This document shows positions 1 through 10,914 of a DNA stretch of 64,000 bases, piece by piece. How positions within the stretch are numbered: position 1 is the first letter of the stretch; the number at the start of each line of letters is the position of its first letter. This DNA comes from Bradyrhizobium sp. GTDB lineage: Bacteria > Pseudomonadota > Alphaproteobacteria > Rhizobiales > Xanthobacteraceae. The position numbers and the translations under genes are program-made. The stretch is taken from the NCBI GenBank assembly GCA_041490045.1, contig JBGPSI010000005.1, positions 531 through 64,530 on the forward strand, written 5' to 3'. Below the pieces are notes generated by a model. That model saw only the letters and a list, made by a program, of their open reading frames with translations. It had not been told where the DNA came from and ran no database searches.

Positions 1-559
1 GAAAGTGCGCACCACCACGGTCTACGTCACCCACGACCAGGTCGAGGCGATGACGCTCGCCGACCGGGTCGTGGTGATGAACCACGGCCGCATCGAACAG
101 ATCGGCACGCCCAACGATCTCTATCACAACCCGGCGACCCGCTTTGTCGCCGGGTTCATCGGCTCGCCCGCGATGAACTTCGTGCCCTGTCGGCTGGAGG
201 AGGCCGGCGGCAGCCTGAACATACGCCTGACTGACCGCCTCGCCTTCCCGCTGCCGCCCGCGCGCGCGGCGCGCTACCGGAACGTCCCGCGAGACGAAAA
301 ATTGCTGCTCGGCATCCGGCCCGAGCATATCACCGAGGCCAAGCAGCATAAGGAGCCGGGGGTCGAAACCTTCGACACGGTGCTGGACGTTACCGAACCG
401 ATGGGAATGGAGACGCTGATCTACTTCATGCTCGACGGGATAGAAGTCTGCGGGCGGGTCAATCCCAATGCCGGCGCGCGGGACGGCGGACCGCTCCGAT
501 TGGCAGTAGACCTCAACAATATGCACCTGCTAAATGAGGGCACCGGCGTCGTCCTTTGA
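1..559 (+). CDS. Sugar/MalK-UgpC family ABC transporter ATP-binding protein, C-terminal part (5' end outside window)
   Basis: [23 protein letters not shown]-loop, [12 protein letters not shown] motif, TOBE-like C-terminus (LGIRPEH). Confidence 0.9.
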   Translation, partial: KVRTTTVYVTHDQVEAMTLADRVVVMNHGRIEQIGTPNDLYHNPATRFVAGFIGSPAMNFVPCRLEEAGGSLNIRLTDRLAFPLPPARAARYRNVPRDEKLLLGIRPEHITEAKQHKEPGVETFDTVLDVTEPMGMETLIYFMLDGIEVCGRVNPNAGARDGGPLRLAVDLNNMHLLNEGTGVVL

Positions 560-601
560 CGGCGCGCAACAAGAAAAGCCGCGGGCTGGGCAGGACGGGG
601 A

Positions 602-1591
602 ATGGCGACCAACAAGAAGAAAATTTTCGTCACTGAATCGATGTCGCAGCAAGGACGGGCTCTGTTGAAGGAGCGGGACGACATCGAACTCGTCGAATTC
701 CCCAACATGATTTCCGCAGGGGATTTCGAGGCCATGCTGCGCCAGCAGGCGCCGGTCCACGGCGTGGCGCTCGGCGCCACCCGCTTCGGCGAGCCCGAAC
801 TCGAGGCTTCCCGGGACATGAAGGTGGTGACCCGGATCGGCGTCGGCTACGACGCCGTCGACGTCCCTGCCCTCAGCCGCCGCAAGATCCCGCTGATGGT
901 GGCGGGCACCGCCAATTCGCCGTCGGTCGCCGAGCAGGCGCTGTTCATGATGCTGACGCTGGCCAAGCGCGCCGTCGAAATGCATTCCATCGTCACGGAC
1001 GGCAAATGGGCCGCCCGCCTCGGCATGCTGCCCTACGATCTCTTCGGCAAGACCGTGCTGATCATCGGCTTCGGCCGCATCGGTACCCGCACCGCCAAGC
1101 GTTGCCTTGCCATGGAAATGGACGTTCTCGTCTACGATCCCTACAAGCCTGCCGCCGAGATCAAGGCCGCCGGTTGCGAGCCGGTCGGCGATCTCGACAC
1201 GGCGCTGCCGCGCGCCGACTTCGTCAGCATCCATTGTCCGAAGACGCCGGAAACGGTCGGGATGTTCAATGCGGCCCGGCTGCGGCGCATGAAGCCGACC
1301 GCCTATCTGATCAACACCGCGCGCGGCGGGATCGTCGAGGAGAAGGCGCTGTATGAGGCGCTGGTGTCGGGCAAGCTCGCGGGTGCCGGCCTCGACGTGT
1401 TCGAGCAGGAGCCGCCGCCCTCCGGCCATTCGCTGTTCGAGCTTCCCAATGTCATCATGGCCCCGCATGTCGCCGGCGTCACGCGGGAGGCGGTGGACCG
1501 GATGAGCGTGCAGACCGCGCGCAACATCCTGAGCGCGCTCGACGGCGTACCGATCCGGCAGAATGTTATCAATCAGGACGTGCTCGGCTGA
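602..1591 (+). CDS. D-isomer-specific 2-hydroxyacid dehydrogenase (SerA-like)
   Basis: RIGVGYD, IIGFGRIG Rossmann motif, LINTARGG, GLDVFEQEP, MAPHVAG. Confidence 0.9.
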   Translation: MATNKKKIFVTESMSQQGRALLKERDDIELVEFPNMISAGDFEAMLRQQAPVHGVALGATRFGEPELEASRDMKVVTRIGVGYDAVDVPALSRRKIPLMVAGTANSPSVAEQALFMMLTLAKRAVEMHSIVTDGKWAARLGMLPYDLFGKTVLIIGFGRIGTRTAKRCLAMEMDVLVYDPYKPAAEIKAAGCEPVGDLDTALPRADFVSIHCPKTPETVGMFNAARLRRMKPTAYLINTARGGIVEEKALYEALVSGKLAGAGLDVFEQEPPPSGHSLFELPNVIMAPHVAGVTREAVDRMSVQTARNILSALDGVPIRQNVINQDVLG

Positions 1592-1651
1592 TTGCGTTGC
1601 GCTCTCGCCGATGACTTCGCCGGCTTCGCGGCTTCAGCAGCAGGTACCGAT

Positions 1652-3076
1652 ATGGCCTTCAGGGAATACGGCAGCTATGACGGGCTCGGGCTTGCCGAGC
1701 TCGTTCGTAAAAAGCAGGTCAGTGCCAGAGAGTTGCTGGACGAGGCAATCGCCCGCACCGCCAAGGTCGACCCGCAGATCAATGCGGTGGTCGTAAAACA
1801 TTACGATTATGCGGAGCGGCAGATCGACAAGGGACTTCCGGATGGTCCCTTCACCGGCGTGCCGTTCCTGCTCAAGGATCTCGATCTCCTCGAGGGCACG
1901 CGGACGACCTTCGGCGCCAGCGTCTATGGGGATGACGTCGCCGACCACACGGGCACTCTCGCCCAGCGCTTCCTCAAGGCAGGCGTCGCGATCTTCGGCA
2001 AGAGCGCCAGCCCCGAATTCGGCCTGATACCGACCACGGAGTCGCGCCTGCATGGTCCGACCCGCAATCCCTGGAACCTCGCGCACTCTTCGGGCGGTTC
2101 ATCCGGCGGCGCGGCCGCGGCCGTGGCGGCGCGCATTCTTCCCGTCGCGCATGCCAGCGACGGCGGCGGCTCGATCCGGATCCCGGCGTCCGCCTCCGGC
2201 GTGTTCGGATTGAAACCGACCCGCGCCCGCAACCCGCTCGGTCCGGATCGGGGCGAAGGCTGGGGCGGATTCTCCTGCGGCCATGTCGTGAGCATCAGCG
2301 TGCGCGACAGCGCGGCGATGCTCGACGCTGTCCACGGTCCCGAGCCGTCGAGCCCCTATGTTGCGCCGCCGCCGGCGCGGCCGTTCCTCGAGGAAGTCGG
2401 TCACGATCCTGGCCGGCTGCGCATCGCCTTTACCGACCGCTCGCCTTATGGCGACGCCATCGATCCCGAAATCGCGGCTGCGACGCGGGAGATCGCAACT
2501 CTGCTTTCGGGGCTCGGCCACCATGTCGAGGAACGCGCGCCTGTCCTGGCCGCCGATCCGGCCGTGGTGATGTCGACCATCGTCGCTGCCAACACCGCGC
2601 TCAATGTCCGGCAGGCCGAACAGCGCTTTGGCCGCGCCATGACGGACCGCGATTTCGAAATATTGACGCTGGCCAGCGCCCATAACGCGCAAAAGGCGAC
2701 TTCGACCGACTATGTGGCCGCGCAACTCGCCGCCTTCCAGATCTCGCGTGGGCTCGCGGCCTTCTTCGAGACCTGCGACGTGTTGCTCTGCCCGACGCTT
2801 TGCTCGCCTCCGCTAGGGATCGGCGAGCTCAACACCATGGCGCAGGACCTGTCGCATATCGGGCCTGTCTTGAGGCGCTATATGCCGGCAACGGCCATGT
2901 TCAACATGTCCGGCCAACCGGCGATGTCGGTGCCGCTGGCATGGAACAAGGCGGGATTGCCGCTCGGCATGATGTTCTCGGCACGCTTCGGCGACGAGGC
3001 AACGTTACTGCGCCTGGCGGCGCAGCTCGAACAGGAACGTCCGTGGAAGGGCAAATTACCGCCGATTTGCGCCTGA
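1652..3076 (+). CDS. Amidase-signature family amidase
   Basis: GVPFLLKD, SSGGSSGGAAAAVA, ASDGGGSIRIPAS; start moved to ATG 1652. Confidence 0.9.
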   Translation: MAFREYGSYDGLGLAELVRKKQVSARELLDEAIARTAKVDPQINAVVVKHYDYAERQIDKGLPDGPFTGVPFLLKDLDLLEGTRTTFGASVYGDDVADHTGTLAQRFLKAGVAIFGKSASPEFGLIPTTESRLHGPTRNPWNLAHSSGGSSGGAAAAVAARILPVAHASDGGGSIRIPASASGVFGLKPTRARNPLGPDRGEGWGGFSCGHVVSISVRDSAAMLDAVHGPEPSSPYVAPPPARPFLEEVGHDPGRLRIAFTDRSPYGDAIDPEIAAATREIATLLSGLGHHVEERAPVLAADPAVVMSTIVAANTALNVRQAEQRFGRAMTDRDFEILTLASAHNAQKATSTDYVAAQLAAFQISRGLAAFFETCDVLLCPTLCSPPLGIGELNTMAQDLSHIGPVLRRYMPATAMFNMSGQPAMSVPLAWNKAGLPLGMMFSARFGDEATLLRLAAQLEQERPWKGKLPPICA

Positions 3077-3163
3077 ACCGACAAAACTTTAGCCTTATTC
3101 AGGAGCAAGGGATGGAACCCGGCGTTGGCAGCGGGTTTGCCTTTGCTGTTTGCGCCGTAATTC

Positions 3164-3580
3164 TTGGGGACAGGCATTTTGACTCAAAGCGACCCAACCG
3201 ATAACGCGCTGGCGGCCATCGCCAGCATTCTCGATCACCCGGAATCTCAGCGCGGGCCGGAAAAGCCTGGGGCGGACGACGTGTCGATCGCCCCCGAGCC
3301 GGGCGCAGCGGATGGCTATTCCAGGGTCGGTCCCGGCCCAATGGCTGCCATCCGTTTCAAATGGACGGCCCGCCTCGCGGACGATGGCTACTACTACGTC
3401 GAAGAGACGATCGGCGAAACCATCGCGCCCGTGGTCACCGGGCCCATGTCCGGGGATGCCGCGGTGAGGTTCGTGGACGAGCGCGAGAGCGAGGCGCGGC
3501 GGCGCTTCGAGGCGCTCAGAAGCGAAATGGCCGGACGCAGCGCGGCCGCGAATCTGGTCCGCAAGGACAGCGATATCTAG
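3164..3580 (+). CDS. Hypothetical protein
   Basis: 138-aa ORF with coding-like codon usage filling the gap; start uncertain. Confidence 0.6.
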   Translation: MGTGILTQSDPTDNALAAIASILDHPESQRGPEKPGADDVSIAPEPGAADGYSRVGPGPMAAIRFKWTARLADDGYYYVEETIGETIAPVVTGPMSGDAAVRFVDERESEARRRFEALRSEMAGRSAAANLVRKDSDI

Positions 3581-3585
3581 CTCGC

Positions 3586-4110
3586 TCACGCCGGGGATTG
3601 GTCTGGCTTGCCCAAGAAATCCTTCTTGACGAGATCGACGCCGCAATGGCGCAGGATGTCGTAGGCCGTGGTGACGTGAAAAAAGAACTGCGGCACGCTG
3701 AACGTCAGCAATAGCGATAGGCCGGTGAACTCCCGCGTCGAGCCGTTTCTGAACGTGAAAATCACTCGCTTGCTTTCGGTGCCGTTGATCGCAGCGGGCT
3801 GCAGGCTCCGCATGAACGCGACCACCGTTGCGATGCGCGCCTTCAGTTCGGGAAGATCGGGCTCGACATCCGGAAATGCCGGCGCTTCAACGCCGGTCAA
3901 CAGGGCGCAGGCGAGAAGCGCAGGCCGATTGGCCTCCCCCACCTGGCGGCTGAGGTTGTACATATTGGGATAGAGCCGCGCATTGAGCAGAACGGAAGGA
4001 TCGATCTTTTTTGCCTCCGCGTAAGCGGCGGCGTGGTCGAGAACGTCGGAAAGGCTGCCAAGAAATTGGGTGAAGACCTCAACCGACGCCTGATGCATTG
4101 AAATGGCCAA
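3586..4110 (-). CDS. DUF1993 family protein
   Basis: LLNARLYPNM..L..QV and PQFFFHVTTAYDILRHCGVDLVKKDF motifs. Confidence 0.85.
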   Translation of the reverse strand: MAISMHQASVEVFTQFLGSLSDVLDHAAAYAEAKKIDPSVLLNARLYPNMYNLSRQVGEANRPALLACALLTGVEAPAFPDVEPDLPELKARIATVVAFMRSLQPAAINGTESKRVIFTFRNGSTREFTGLSLLLTFSVPQFFFHVTTAYDILRHCGVDLVKKDFLGKPDQSPA

Positions 4111-4300
4111 CGTTGTGATCCTCTCCCCGCACCAGTCTGAAGCTGCCGGATCGAACTAGCAGTCAATCCCCATATTTCGCAACGGGCTTTGCATTCCGGC
4201 GGCCGCCTGGTTCTGAAACCGGAAGCGCCACGATATGCTGGAAGGCGCACCATGGTCACCGGATTCAAGGAGTGGCCGGTGCGGCTTCCCGGAGGAATAA

Positions 4301-5077
4301 ATGGTTCGAGTTCTGTGGTCTCTCGCCGTCGCCTTTTTGCTGGTGGCGGCTTCGGCCCATGCCCAGCAGGCCTCCCGGCTCGACGAGATCGTCAAACGCG
4401 GCAGCCTGCGCGTCGGCATGACCGGCGATTATCTGCCGTTCAGCTCGCTGGACAAGGAGACGTCGAAATTCCGGGGTTTCGACGTCGACATGGCGGAGGC
4501 GCTCGGCAAGGCGCTCGGCGTCAAGGTCGACTATGTCCACACTACCTGGCCCAGGCTGATGCAGGATTTCGAAGCCGACAATTTCGACATCGCGATGGGC
4601 GGCGTGTCGATCACGCTGGACCGGCAGAAGAAGGGTCTGTTTTCGACACCCATCATGCGCGAGGGCAAGACGCCGATTGCGCGCTGCACTGACGCGAGCA
4701 AATACCAGACCCTCGCCGATATCGACAGGCCCGGTACGCGCGTCATCGTCAATCCCGGCGGCACCAATGAGCGGTTTGCCAAGGCCAACATCAAGAACGC
4801 CGAGATCAGGACCTGGAACGACAATGTCACGATCTTCGACGAGATCGCCAAGGGTGACGCCGATCTGATGATGACGGATGCCTCGGAGACGCGTTACCAG
4901 CAGAAACTTCACCCCGGCGTGCTCTGCGCCGTGCATCCGGACAGGCCGTTCGACTTCGCCGAAAAAGCCTACTGGATACACCGCGATCCGGCGCTGAAGG
5001 CGTTTGTCGATCAGTGGCTGCACATCGCGCAAGAGGATGGCAGCTTCCGGAAGATCTATGCCGCCTGGTTTGAATAA
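4301..5077 (+). CDS. Periplasmic cyclohexadienyl dehydratase / family-3 solute-binding protein (PheC-like)
   Basis: Signal peptide; LRVGMTGDYLPFS, DIAMGGVSITLDR, VNPGGTNERF. Confidence 0.8.
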   Translation: MVRVLWSLAVAFLLVAASAHAQQASRLDEIVKRGSLRVGMTGDYLPFSSLDKETSKFRGFDVDMAEALGKALGVKVDYVHTTWPRLMQDFEADNFDIAMGGVSITLDRQKKGLFSTPIMREGKTPIARCTDASKYQTLADIDRPGTRVIVNPGGTNERFAKANIKNAEIRTWNDNVTIFDEIAKGDADLMMTDASETRYQQKLHPGVLCAVHPDRPFDFAEKAYWIHRDPALKAFVDQWLHIAQEDGSFRKIYAAWFE

Positions 5078-5257
5078 ATCGGCGTTTTCTCCAGCAATTG
5101 GCCGCATTTACCGCCCTCAATTGGACTGCGCTGGCGAAGCCATTGAACCAAAATCGCCAATGCCCGACTCATATTCTGAAAGTGATGTAGGTCACGTTGC
5201 ACTGGATTGCCGAAGCGTAGGGTCGGGACTGGGATTCCACCTGCTCAGGAGGTCACG

Positions 5258-6052
5258 ATGAAAAAGCTTCTTGCCGTCGCCGCGTTTCTGCTGGCGAGCA
5301 CCGCTGCGCAGGCCCAGTACACCTTCGAATATGGCGGGCGCACCATTCGCATCGATCCGGATCGCGGCACGGTGTCGATCCCGGGCGTCTATGACAACAC
5401 CGGGCGGCGAACGAAGCGCTCGCATGGCGATCAGGACAGCGACCGTCAGCGCAAGCAGACGCCGCAGCAGGCCAAGGTCGATCCGCAAGCGCCCGCCGCG
5501 GAACCATCTGTGACCGAACAGGCGCCGGCACCTGCGAACACACAAGCTCCGCCTTCAGCCGCCACGGCGACGGTCGCGCCCGCGGATACCGCGGCTTCGA
5601 CCCAAGCTCCCGCCGCGCAGCCGGCGGCCGTCGCCCCCGCGCCGCAAGTTCAGCAGGATGCCGCCGTTCCCTCTGCCAAACCCGCGGCCCCCGAAATGGT
5701 CGCAACAACCACGCCGGCACCGAAACCCCCTGCGCCCGCGGTTCAGCAGGCCAATTCCCCGCTCGGCGTGTGGCTGACCGAGGAGAAGGAAGGCCGGGTC
5801 AGGATCGAGCAATGCGGCGCCAACCTTTGCGGCTATTCCGTGGACTCGAAATCGAACCAGAACGGCGAACAGGTTATGATCAACATGAAGCCCGGCAAGG
5901 ACTCCAAATGGAGCGGGCGGATCCTCGATCCCAACAGTGGCAGCACCTATGACTCCACGATCGCGCTGAAGGGGCCGGATACGCTGCGCGTTCAGGGTTG
6001 CGCCTTTGGCGGCATGTTCTGCGGCGGCCAGACCTGGAGCCGCGTGAACTAG
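5258..6052 (+). CDS. Secreted DUF2147-domain protein with Pro/Ala-rich linker
   Basis: AGGAGG RBS before MKKLL signal peptide; C-terminal GVWLT...WSGRILDP..G.TY...LRVQGC....CGGQTWSR. Confidence 0.8.
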   Translation: MKKLLAVAAFLLASTAAQAQYTFEYGGRTIRIDPDRGTVSIPGVYDNTGRRTKRSHGDQDSDRQRKQTPQQAKVDPQAPAAEPSVTEQAPAPANTQAPPSAATATVAPADTAASTQAPAAQPAAVAPAPQVQQDAAVPSAKPAAPEMVATTTPAPKPPAPAVQQANSPLGVWLTEEKEGRVRIEQCGANLCGYSVDSKSNQNGEQVMINMKPGKDSKWSGRILDPNSGSTYDSTIALKGPDTLRVQGCAFGGMFCGGQTWSRVN

Positions 6053-6403
6053 GATGTGAGTTCGGCAAAAGAGTCCGATCGGGCGCTCCTGAGAAACCTG
6101 ACCAGCGCCGGGTGCTCCCGGCATCCGGCCAGTTCCGGCAACGTGACGAGCATCGTTGGCGCAAGCGCTCTCGCGGCGCTCGCAGCTCGATGCGATCGAT
6201 CTGCAGGCCCCATGGCGATTGCAGGGATGTGCGGAGCAACGCGTCGGGTTTTCCGTCGATCATTTTGCTCAAATCGTCGGTGGCGATGTGCACGCAGCTT
6301 GATGGCTTAGAAAAGCTGAGTCCACCGGCCAGAAGATCTGGTTTGATTCAGGACGGCAATGGCTGCATTGGAAAGCGACAGAACGCAAAACAGGTGACCA
6401 CAC

Positions 6404-6904
6404 ATGGTTGACACCACCGAAGTCGCTATCAGCCACTTGCAGCGTCGCAAGATCGAGGGGCGCGTGCTCATCCCGTTCATTCAGGCGTTGCGGGATAGAT
6501 GCGGCGAGACATCAGCAGCTGAGGTCGTTGACGAGACCATTCGCCGGCTCGCCGCTGAGGAGGGTGCACGATGGGCGGCGACCTTTGGACGAACGACGGC
6601 ATCACTGCGAAAGGTGGCGGAGGAGCTCTGGGCGGGCGGCGGCAGCATGGATGTCGAGGTGCTCGGTGAGTCCGACGACCATCTCGATTTCAACGTGACC
6701 CGCTGCCAATATGCGGAGTTCTACAAGGAGTTGGGGTTGTCAGACCTCGGCTTTCGCGTCCACTGCAACCGGGACCACGCCATGGTGGTCGGCTTCAACA
6801 ACGAACTCGAATTGTCCCGAAGCCAGACCATCATGGAGGGCGCGACTTGCTGCGATTTCAGATTTCGCCGCAAATCGCCTGCAATCGACAAGCCCGCGGA
6901 ATAG
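6404..6904 (+). CDS. L-2-amino-thiazoline-4-carboxylic acid hydrolase family protein
   Basis: LDFNVTRCQYAEFYKELG..DLG...CNRD and RSQTIMEGATCCDFRF motifs. Confidence 0.8.
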   Translation: MVDTTEVAISHLQRRKIEGRVLIPFIQALRDRCGETSAAEVVDETIRRLAAEEGARWAATFGRTTASLRKVAEELWAGGGSMDVEVLGESDDHLDFNVTRCQYAEFYKELGLSDLGFRVHCNRDHAMVVGFNNELELSRSQTIMEGATCCDFRFRRKSPAIDKPAE

Positions 6905-6912
6905 CTGCAGCG

Positions 6913-7317
6913 TTATCCGACCTTCGCCGAATATTCCGCGTCGGTCACCGGCTCCATCCAGGTCACGAAACTTCCGTCCAGCGCTTCCTGCATTGCGATG
7001 TGGGTCATGCCATTGGCCGGCGAGGCGCCGTGCCAGTGCTTTTCGCCCGGCGGAATCCACACGACATCGCCGGGCCGTATCTCAAGTATCGGACCGCCCT
7101 TGGTCTGGACCCGGCCGACGCCCGCGACGACGTAGAGCGTCTGGCCGAGCGGGTGGGTATGCCAGTTGGTCCGTGCGCCAGGCTCGAAGGAGACGCGGTT
7201 CGAGGCAACGCGCGCCGGGGCCTCAGCGGCAATGATCGGATCCTGCCAGACCGTGCCGGTGAAATATTCCTTCGGCGCCCGGCGGGTTGGCCGCGAGCCG
7301 GCGAGATGAATATCCAT
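6913..7317 (-). CDS. Cupin domain protein
   Basis: VSFEPGARTNWHTHPLGQTL, PGEKHWHGA. Confidence 0.9.
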   Translation of the reverse strand: MDIHLAGSRPTRRAPKEYFTGTVWQDPIIAAEAPARVASNRVSFEPGARTNWHTHPLGQTLYVVAGVGRVQTKGGPILEIRPGDVVWIPPGEKHWHGASPANGMTHIAMQEALDGSFVTWMEPVTDAEYSAKVG

Positions 7318-7361
7318 GGAACTCCTCCTGCGATGACGAACGCTGTTGGCCTGCGTCCTGA

Positions 7362-8060
7362 TTATTTCTTCGACGCTGCGTAACGCGCCTTGGTCTCAGC
7401 ATTCATGGGATAGAGACCCGGCAGCACCGCGCCGGCCTTCACTTCGTCGACGATCCAGGCCTCCATGCGCTCCTGCTCGGCGCCTTCGGCGAGGACCAGA
7501 TCGAGGAAGGCCTGCGGGACCACCACGGCACCGTCCTGATCGGCGACGATGACGTCGTTCGGGAAGATCGCCACGCCGCCGCAGCCGATCGGCTCGCCCC
7601 AGCCGACGAAGGTTAGCCCGGCCACCGAAGGCGGCGCAGCGTAACCGTCACACCAGACCGGCAAATTGGTGCCGAGCACGCCTTCGAGATCGCGTACCAC
7701 GCCGTCGGTGACCAAAGCGGCCACCCCGCGCTTGACCATGCGCGCGCAAAGAATATCGCCGAAGATGCCGGCATCGGTAATCCCCATGGCATCGACCACG
7801 GCGATGCAGCCTTCCGGCATGGCCTCGATCGCGGTCCGGGTCGAAATCGGTGACGACCAGGATTCCGGCGTTGCCAGATCCTCGCGCGCGGGCACGAAGC
7901 GCAGGGTGAAGGCCGGCCCGACCAGCCGCTTCTGTCCCGGCCGCAGCGGCCGCGCGCCCCGCATCCAGACGTTTCGCAGGCCCTTCTTCAGCAGGACCGT
8001 GGTGATGGTCGCGGTGGTCACGCCGGACAGCGTCTTGATCGCTTCGGGGGTCAGGGACAT
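7362..8060 (-). CDS. RraA-family / HMG-aldolase-like protein
   Basis: LVGPAFTLRFVP, GIFGDIL, VTDGVVRD, DVIVADQDGAVVVP. Confidence 0.85.
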   Translation of the reverse strand: MSLTPEAIKTLSGVTTATITTVLLKKGLRNVWMRGARPLRPGQKRLVGPAFTLRFVPAREDLATPESWSSPISTRTAIEAMPEGCIAVVDAMGITDAGIFGDILCARMVKRGVAALVTDGVVRDLEGVLGTNLPVWCDGYAAPPSVAGLTFVGWGEPIGCGGVAIFPNDVIVADQDGAVVVPQAFLDLVLAEGAEQERMEAWIVDEVKAGAVLPGLYPMNAETKARYAASKK

Positions 8061-8280
8061 CGAAAACAGAGCTCCGCTAAGGGATTGATTGGCCGGCGCA
8101 TCTTGCGGGGCGCGGGCATCGCGTCAAGTGGCGTTGCCGAGCCTGGTTGACGGGGCTGCCCTGCAAACGCGCCATCAGCCCAATTTATCGCCGCTATGCC
8201 GATTAATTTATTGAACTTGCAGGCCCATTTGCTTTGGGGCGAATTCCACTCGGCAACAAGATCGGCTAATGTGGACCAGC

Positions 8281-9012
8281 ATGGCCGCGACGCTCTCCCC
8301 GCCCCGTATTCTGCCAAGTGGCGACAGCGCCATCACGGTCGAATTCAGCCGCAACATCGACGATGCCGCAAACCAGCGGGTGTTGGCGCTTGACCGTACA
8401 CTGGCGAATGAGCCGGTAGCAGGTATCACCGAGACGGTGCCGACCTATCGATCCCTCCTGGTGCATTATGATCCCGTGCGGATCGATTTCGATACGCTCG
8501 GCGAGAAGCTTGTCACGCTGGCGCAACGGCCGGTTCCGCCGACGGGCAAGACGCGGCGCTGGCGCATCCCCGTGGTCTATGGTGGCGAACACGGTATCGA
8601 TCTCGAGGATGTCGCCAAGACGCTCAAGACCACTCCCGAAGATATCGTGGCGCGCCATGTCGCCGGCGATTACCGGGTGGCCATGATCGGCTTTACCCCT
8701 GGATGGTCCTATCTCAGCGGACTAGAGAAATTCCTGCATATGCCGCGGCGGCAAAATCCGCGGCTGTTGACGCCAGCCGGCACGATCTCGATCGGTGGCG
8801 TGCAGACCGGCGTGCAATGTCTGGCCGGTCCGAGCGGCTGGCATCTGTTGGGACGGACCGCGGTGAGGACCTATCAGCTGCATCGCGACCCCACCTTCCT
8901 GCTGGAGCCCGGCGACCGCGTAAAGTTTTCGCAAGTCGACGCCAAGACCTTTGCCGAGCAGGACCGCGCCGCGGCCGGCGGCGAGATCGTCGCCGAGTTG
9001 ATGACGTCATGA
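8281..9012 (+). CDS. pxpB: 5-oxoprolinase subunit B
   Basis: GDSAITV, VPTYRSLLVHYDP, MIGFTPGWSYL, PSGWHLLGRT. Confidence 0.9.
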   Translation: MAATLSPPRILPSGDSAITVEFSRNIDDAANQRVLALDRTLANEPVAGITETVPTYRSLLVHYDPVRIDFDTLGEKLVTLAQRPVPPTGKTRRWRIPVVYGGEHGIDLEDVAKTLKTTPEDIVARHVAGDYRVAMIGFTPGWSYLSGLEKFLHMPRRQNPRLLTPAGTISIGGVQTGVQCLAGPSGWHLLGRTAVRTYQLHRDPTFLLEPGDRVKFSQVDAKTFAEQDRAAAGGEIVAELMTS

Positions 9013-10061
9013 GCAAGCTCGTCGTTTCCACCATCGGGCCGGCGAGTTCGGTGCAGGACGGCGGCCGTCACGGCGCGCAGCGCTACGGCCTGACGCCGAG
9101 CGGCGCGATGGACCCGCTCGCCCTCGCGGCAGCCAATACGCTGGTCGGAAACGCAGCTTTCGACGCCGCGGTCGAGATCGGTCCATTCGGCGCGGCCTTT
9201 ACCGCCCGGGAAGGCGCAGTGCGTGTGGCGCTCTCGGGAGCGCCGCGCAGCGCCGATATAGCTGGGCGTACCGTTGCATGGGACAGTTCGACAACGCTGG
9301 CGGACGGTGAAACCCTGACGCTCGGCTTCGCCCGCGGCGGCGCGTTCAGCTACCTCGCGATCGAAGGCGGGATCGCGGGCGAGCCTGTCTTCGGCAGCCT
9401 CGCGGTCAATGCCCGCGCCGGCCTCGGCAGTCCCTATCCGCGTCCGCTGCAGGCCGGCGACGAATTGCAGACGCGTGCCGCAAGCGGCACCGCCGAGCGC
9501 CGGATCGAGCTTCCCGTCGTGGCGAACGGCCCGATCCGCGTGGTGCTGGGTCCGCAGGACGACGAGTTCGGCGAGGAAGCCAAAAACCTGTTCCTCGCCA
9601 GCGAGTGGAAGATCTCGGCGACCAGCGATCGCATGGGCTACCGGCTCGAAGGCCCCGTGATAAAGCATCTGCACGGCCACAACATCGTCTCCGACGGCAC
9701 TGTCAACGGCAGCATCCAGGTGCCCGGCAACGGCGCGCCGATCGTACTGATGCCGGACCGCGGCACCAGCGGCGGCTATCCCAAGATCGCGACCTTGATC
9801 ACGGCCGATCTCGGGCGGTTCGCGCAGACTCCGGCCGGCAAGGGATTCCGCTTCAAGGCCGTCAGCATGGCGGAGGCGCAAGCCGAGGCGCGGAATTTTG
9901 CCAAACTGCTCCGCACCCTGCCCGACCGGCTCCGTGCCATCGAGAATTTTGATCTCAACATCGAGGCGCTCAGGGATGCTAATGTCGCCGGCAGCGCCGT
10001 CAGCGCCGTCGACGCCCGAACATGGCAAGCGCCGTCCGCGGGCGCGCTGGCGCAGGACTGA
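9009..10061 (+). CDS. pxpC: 5-oxoprolinase subunit C
   Basis: SVQDGGRHG...SGAMD, SDRMGYRL, GSIQVP..G.PIVLMPDR.TSGGYPKIA; ATGA overlap with pxpB. Confidence 0.9.
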   Translation: MSKLVVSTIGPASSVQDGGRHGAQRYGLTPSGAMDPLALAAANTLVGNAAFDAAVEIGPFGAAFTAREGAVRVALSGAPRSADIAGRTVAWDSSTTLADGETLTLGFARGGAFSYLAIEGGIAGEPVFGSLAVNARAGLGSPYPRPLQAGDELQTRAASGTAERRIELPVVANGPIRVVLGPQDDEFGEEAKNLFLASEWKISATSDRMGYRLEGPVIKHLHGHNIVSDGTVNGSIQVPGNGAPIVLMPDRGTSGGYPKIATLITADLGRFAQTPAGKGFRFKAVSMAEAQAEARNFAKLLRTLPDRLRAIENFDLNIEALRDANVAGSAVSAVDARTWQAPSAGALAQD

Positions 10062-10117
10062 TCAAAGAGACTGACCTAAGTGACTAACGGAATATCCATT
10101 CGCGCAAGGGGACAGAC

Positions 10118-10888
10118 ATGACCAGCATCGACCTCAACTGCGATCTCGGCGAAAGCTTTGGGCCATGGGAAATGGGCAATGACGCCGCCATGATCGAGCT
10201 TGCGACCTCGGTCAACATCGCCTGCGGCTATCACGCCGGCGATGCCGACATCATGCGCAGGACGGTGGAACTGGCGAAAGCGCGCGGCGTCTCGATCGGC
10301 GCGCATCCCGGCTACCGCGATCTGCACGGCTTCGGCCGCCGGCCCTTCCCCGGCATGAAGGCGTCGGAGATCGAGAACCTCGTCGCCTATCAGATCGGCG
10401 CGCTGCAGGCGATTGCGACCGCGGCCGGCCACAAGGTCACCCATGTCAAGGCGCACGGCGCGCTGTCGAACGTCGCCTGCGAGGACGACATGACCGCCAA
10501 AGCCATTGCGTCGGCGATCAAGGCGGTCGACCCCAATCTCGTTTTTGTGGTGCTCGCGAACTCGAAGCTGGTGCAGGCCGGCGAAGCCGCCAATTTGCCG
10601 ATGGTGCACGAAGTGTTCGCCGATCGCGCCTATGAAGATGACGGCTCGCTGGTGTCGCGCCGCAAGCCGGGTGCCGTGCTGCACGGCGCAAAAGAGATCG
10701 CGGAACGGGTGGCGCGGATGGTGCAGGACGGCGCGGTGGTCTCAGTCACGGGCAAGGTGATCAAGATGCGCACCGACACCGTGTGCATCCACGGCGACAC
10801 GCCGGGTGCGGTCGATATCGCGCGCGGTGTGCGGCAGGCGTTGAAGGACGCCGGCATCGACGTGGCGCCGTTCAAGAAGGCAAATTAG
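10118..10888 (+). CDS. pxpA: 5-oxoprolinase subunit A (LamB/YcsF)
   Basis: [41 protein letters not shown]. Confidence 0.93.
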   Translation: MTSIDLNCDLGESFGPWEMGNDAAMIELATSVNIACGYHAGDADIMRRTVELAKARGVSIGAHPGYRDLHGFGRRPFPGMKASEIENLVAYQIGALQAIATAAGHKVTHVKAHGALSNVACEDDMTAKAIASAIKAVDPNLVFVVLANSKLVQAGEAANLPMVHEVFADRAYEDDGSLVSRRKPGAVLHGAKEIAERVARMVQDGAVVSVTGKVIKMRTDTVCIHGDTPGAVDIARGVRQALKDAGIDVAPFKKAN

Positions 10889-10914
10889 CGCGGTCTGAAT
10901 TGGCCGGACCAGAA

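Noticed and set aside
5880-6411. Overlapping ORFs between the DUF2147 and ATC-hydrolase genes
   Set aside because: No RBS or family motif; at most a decayed remnant that I cannot assign
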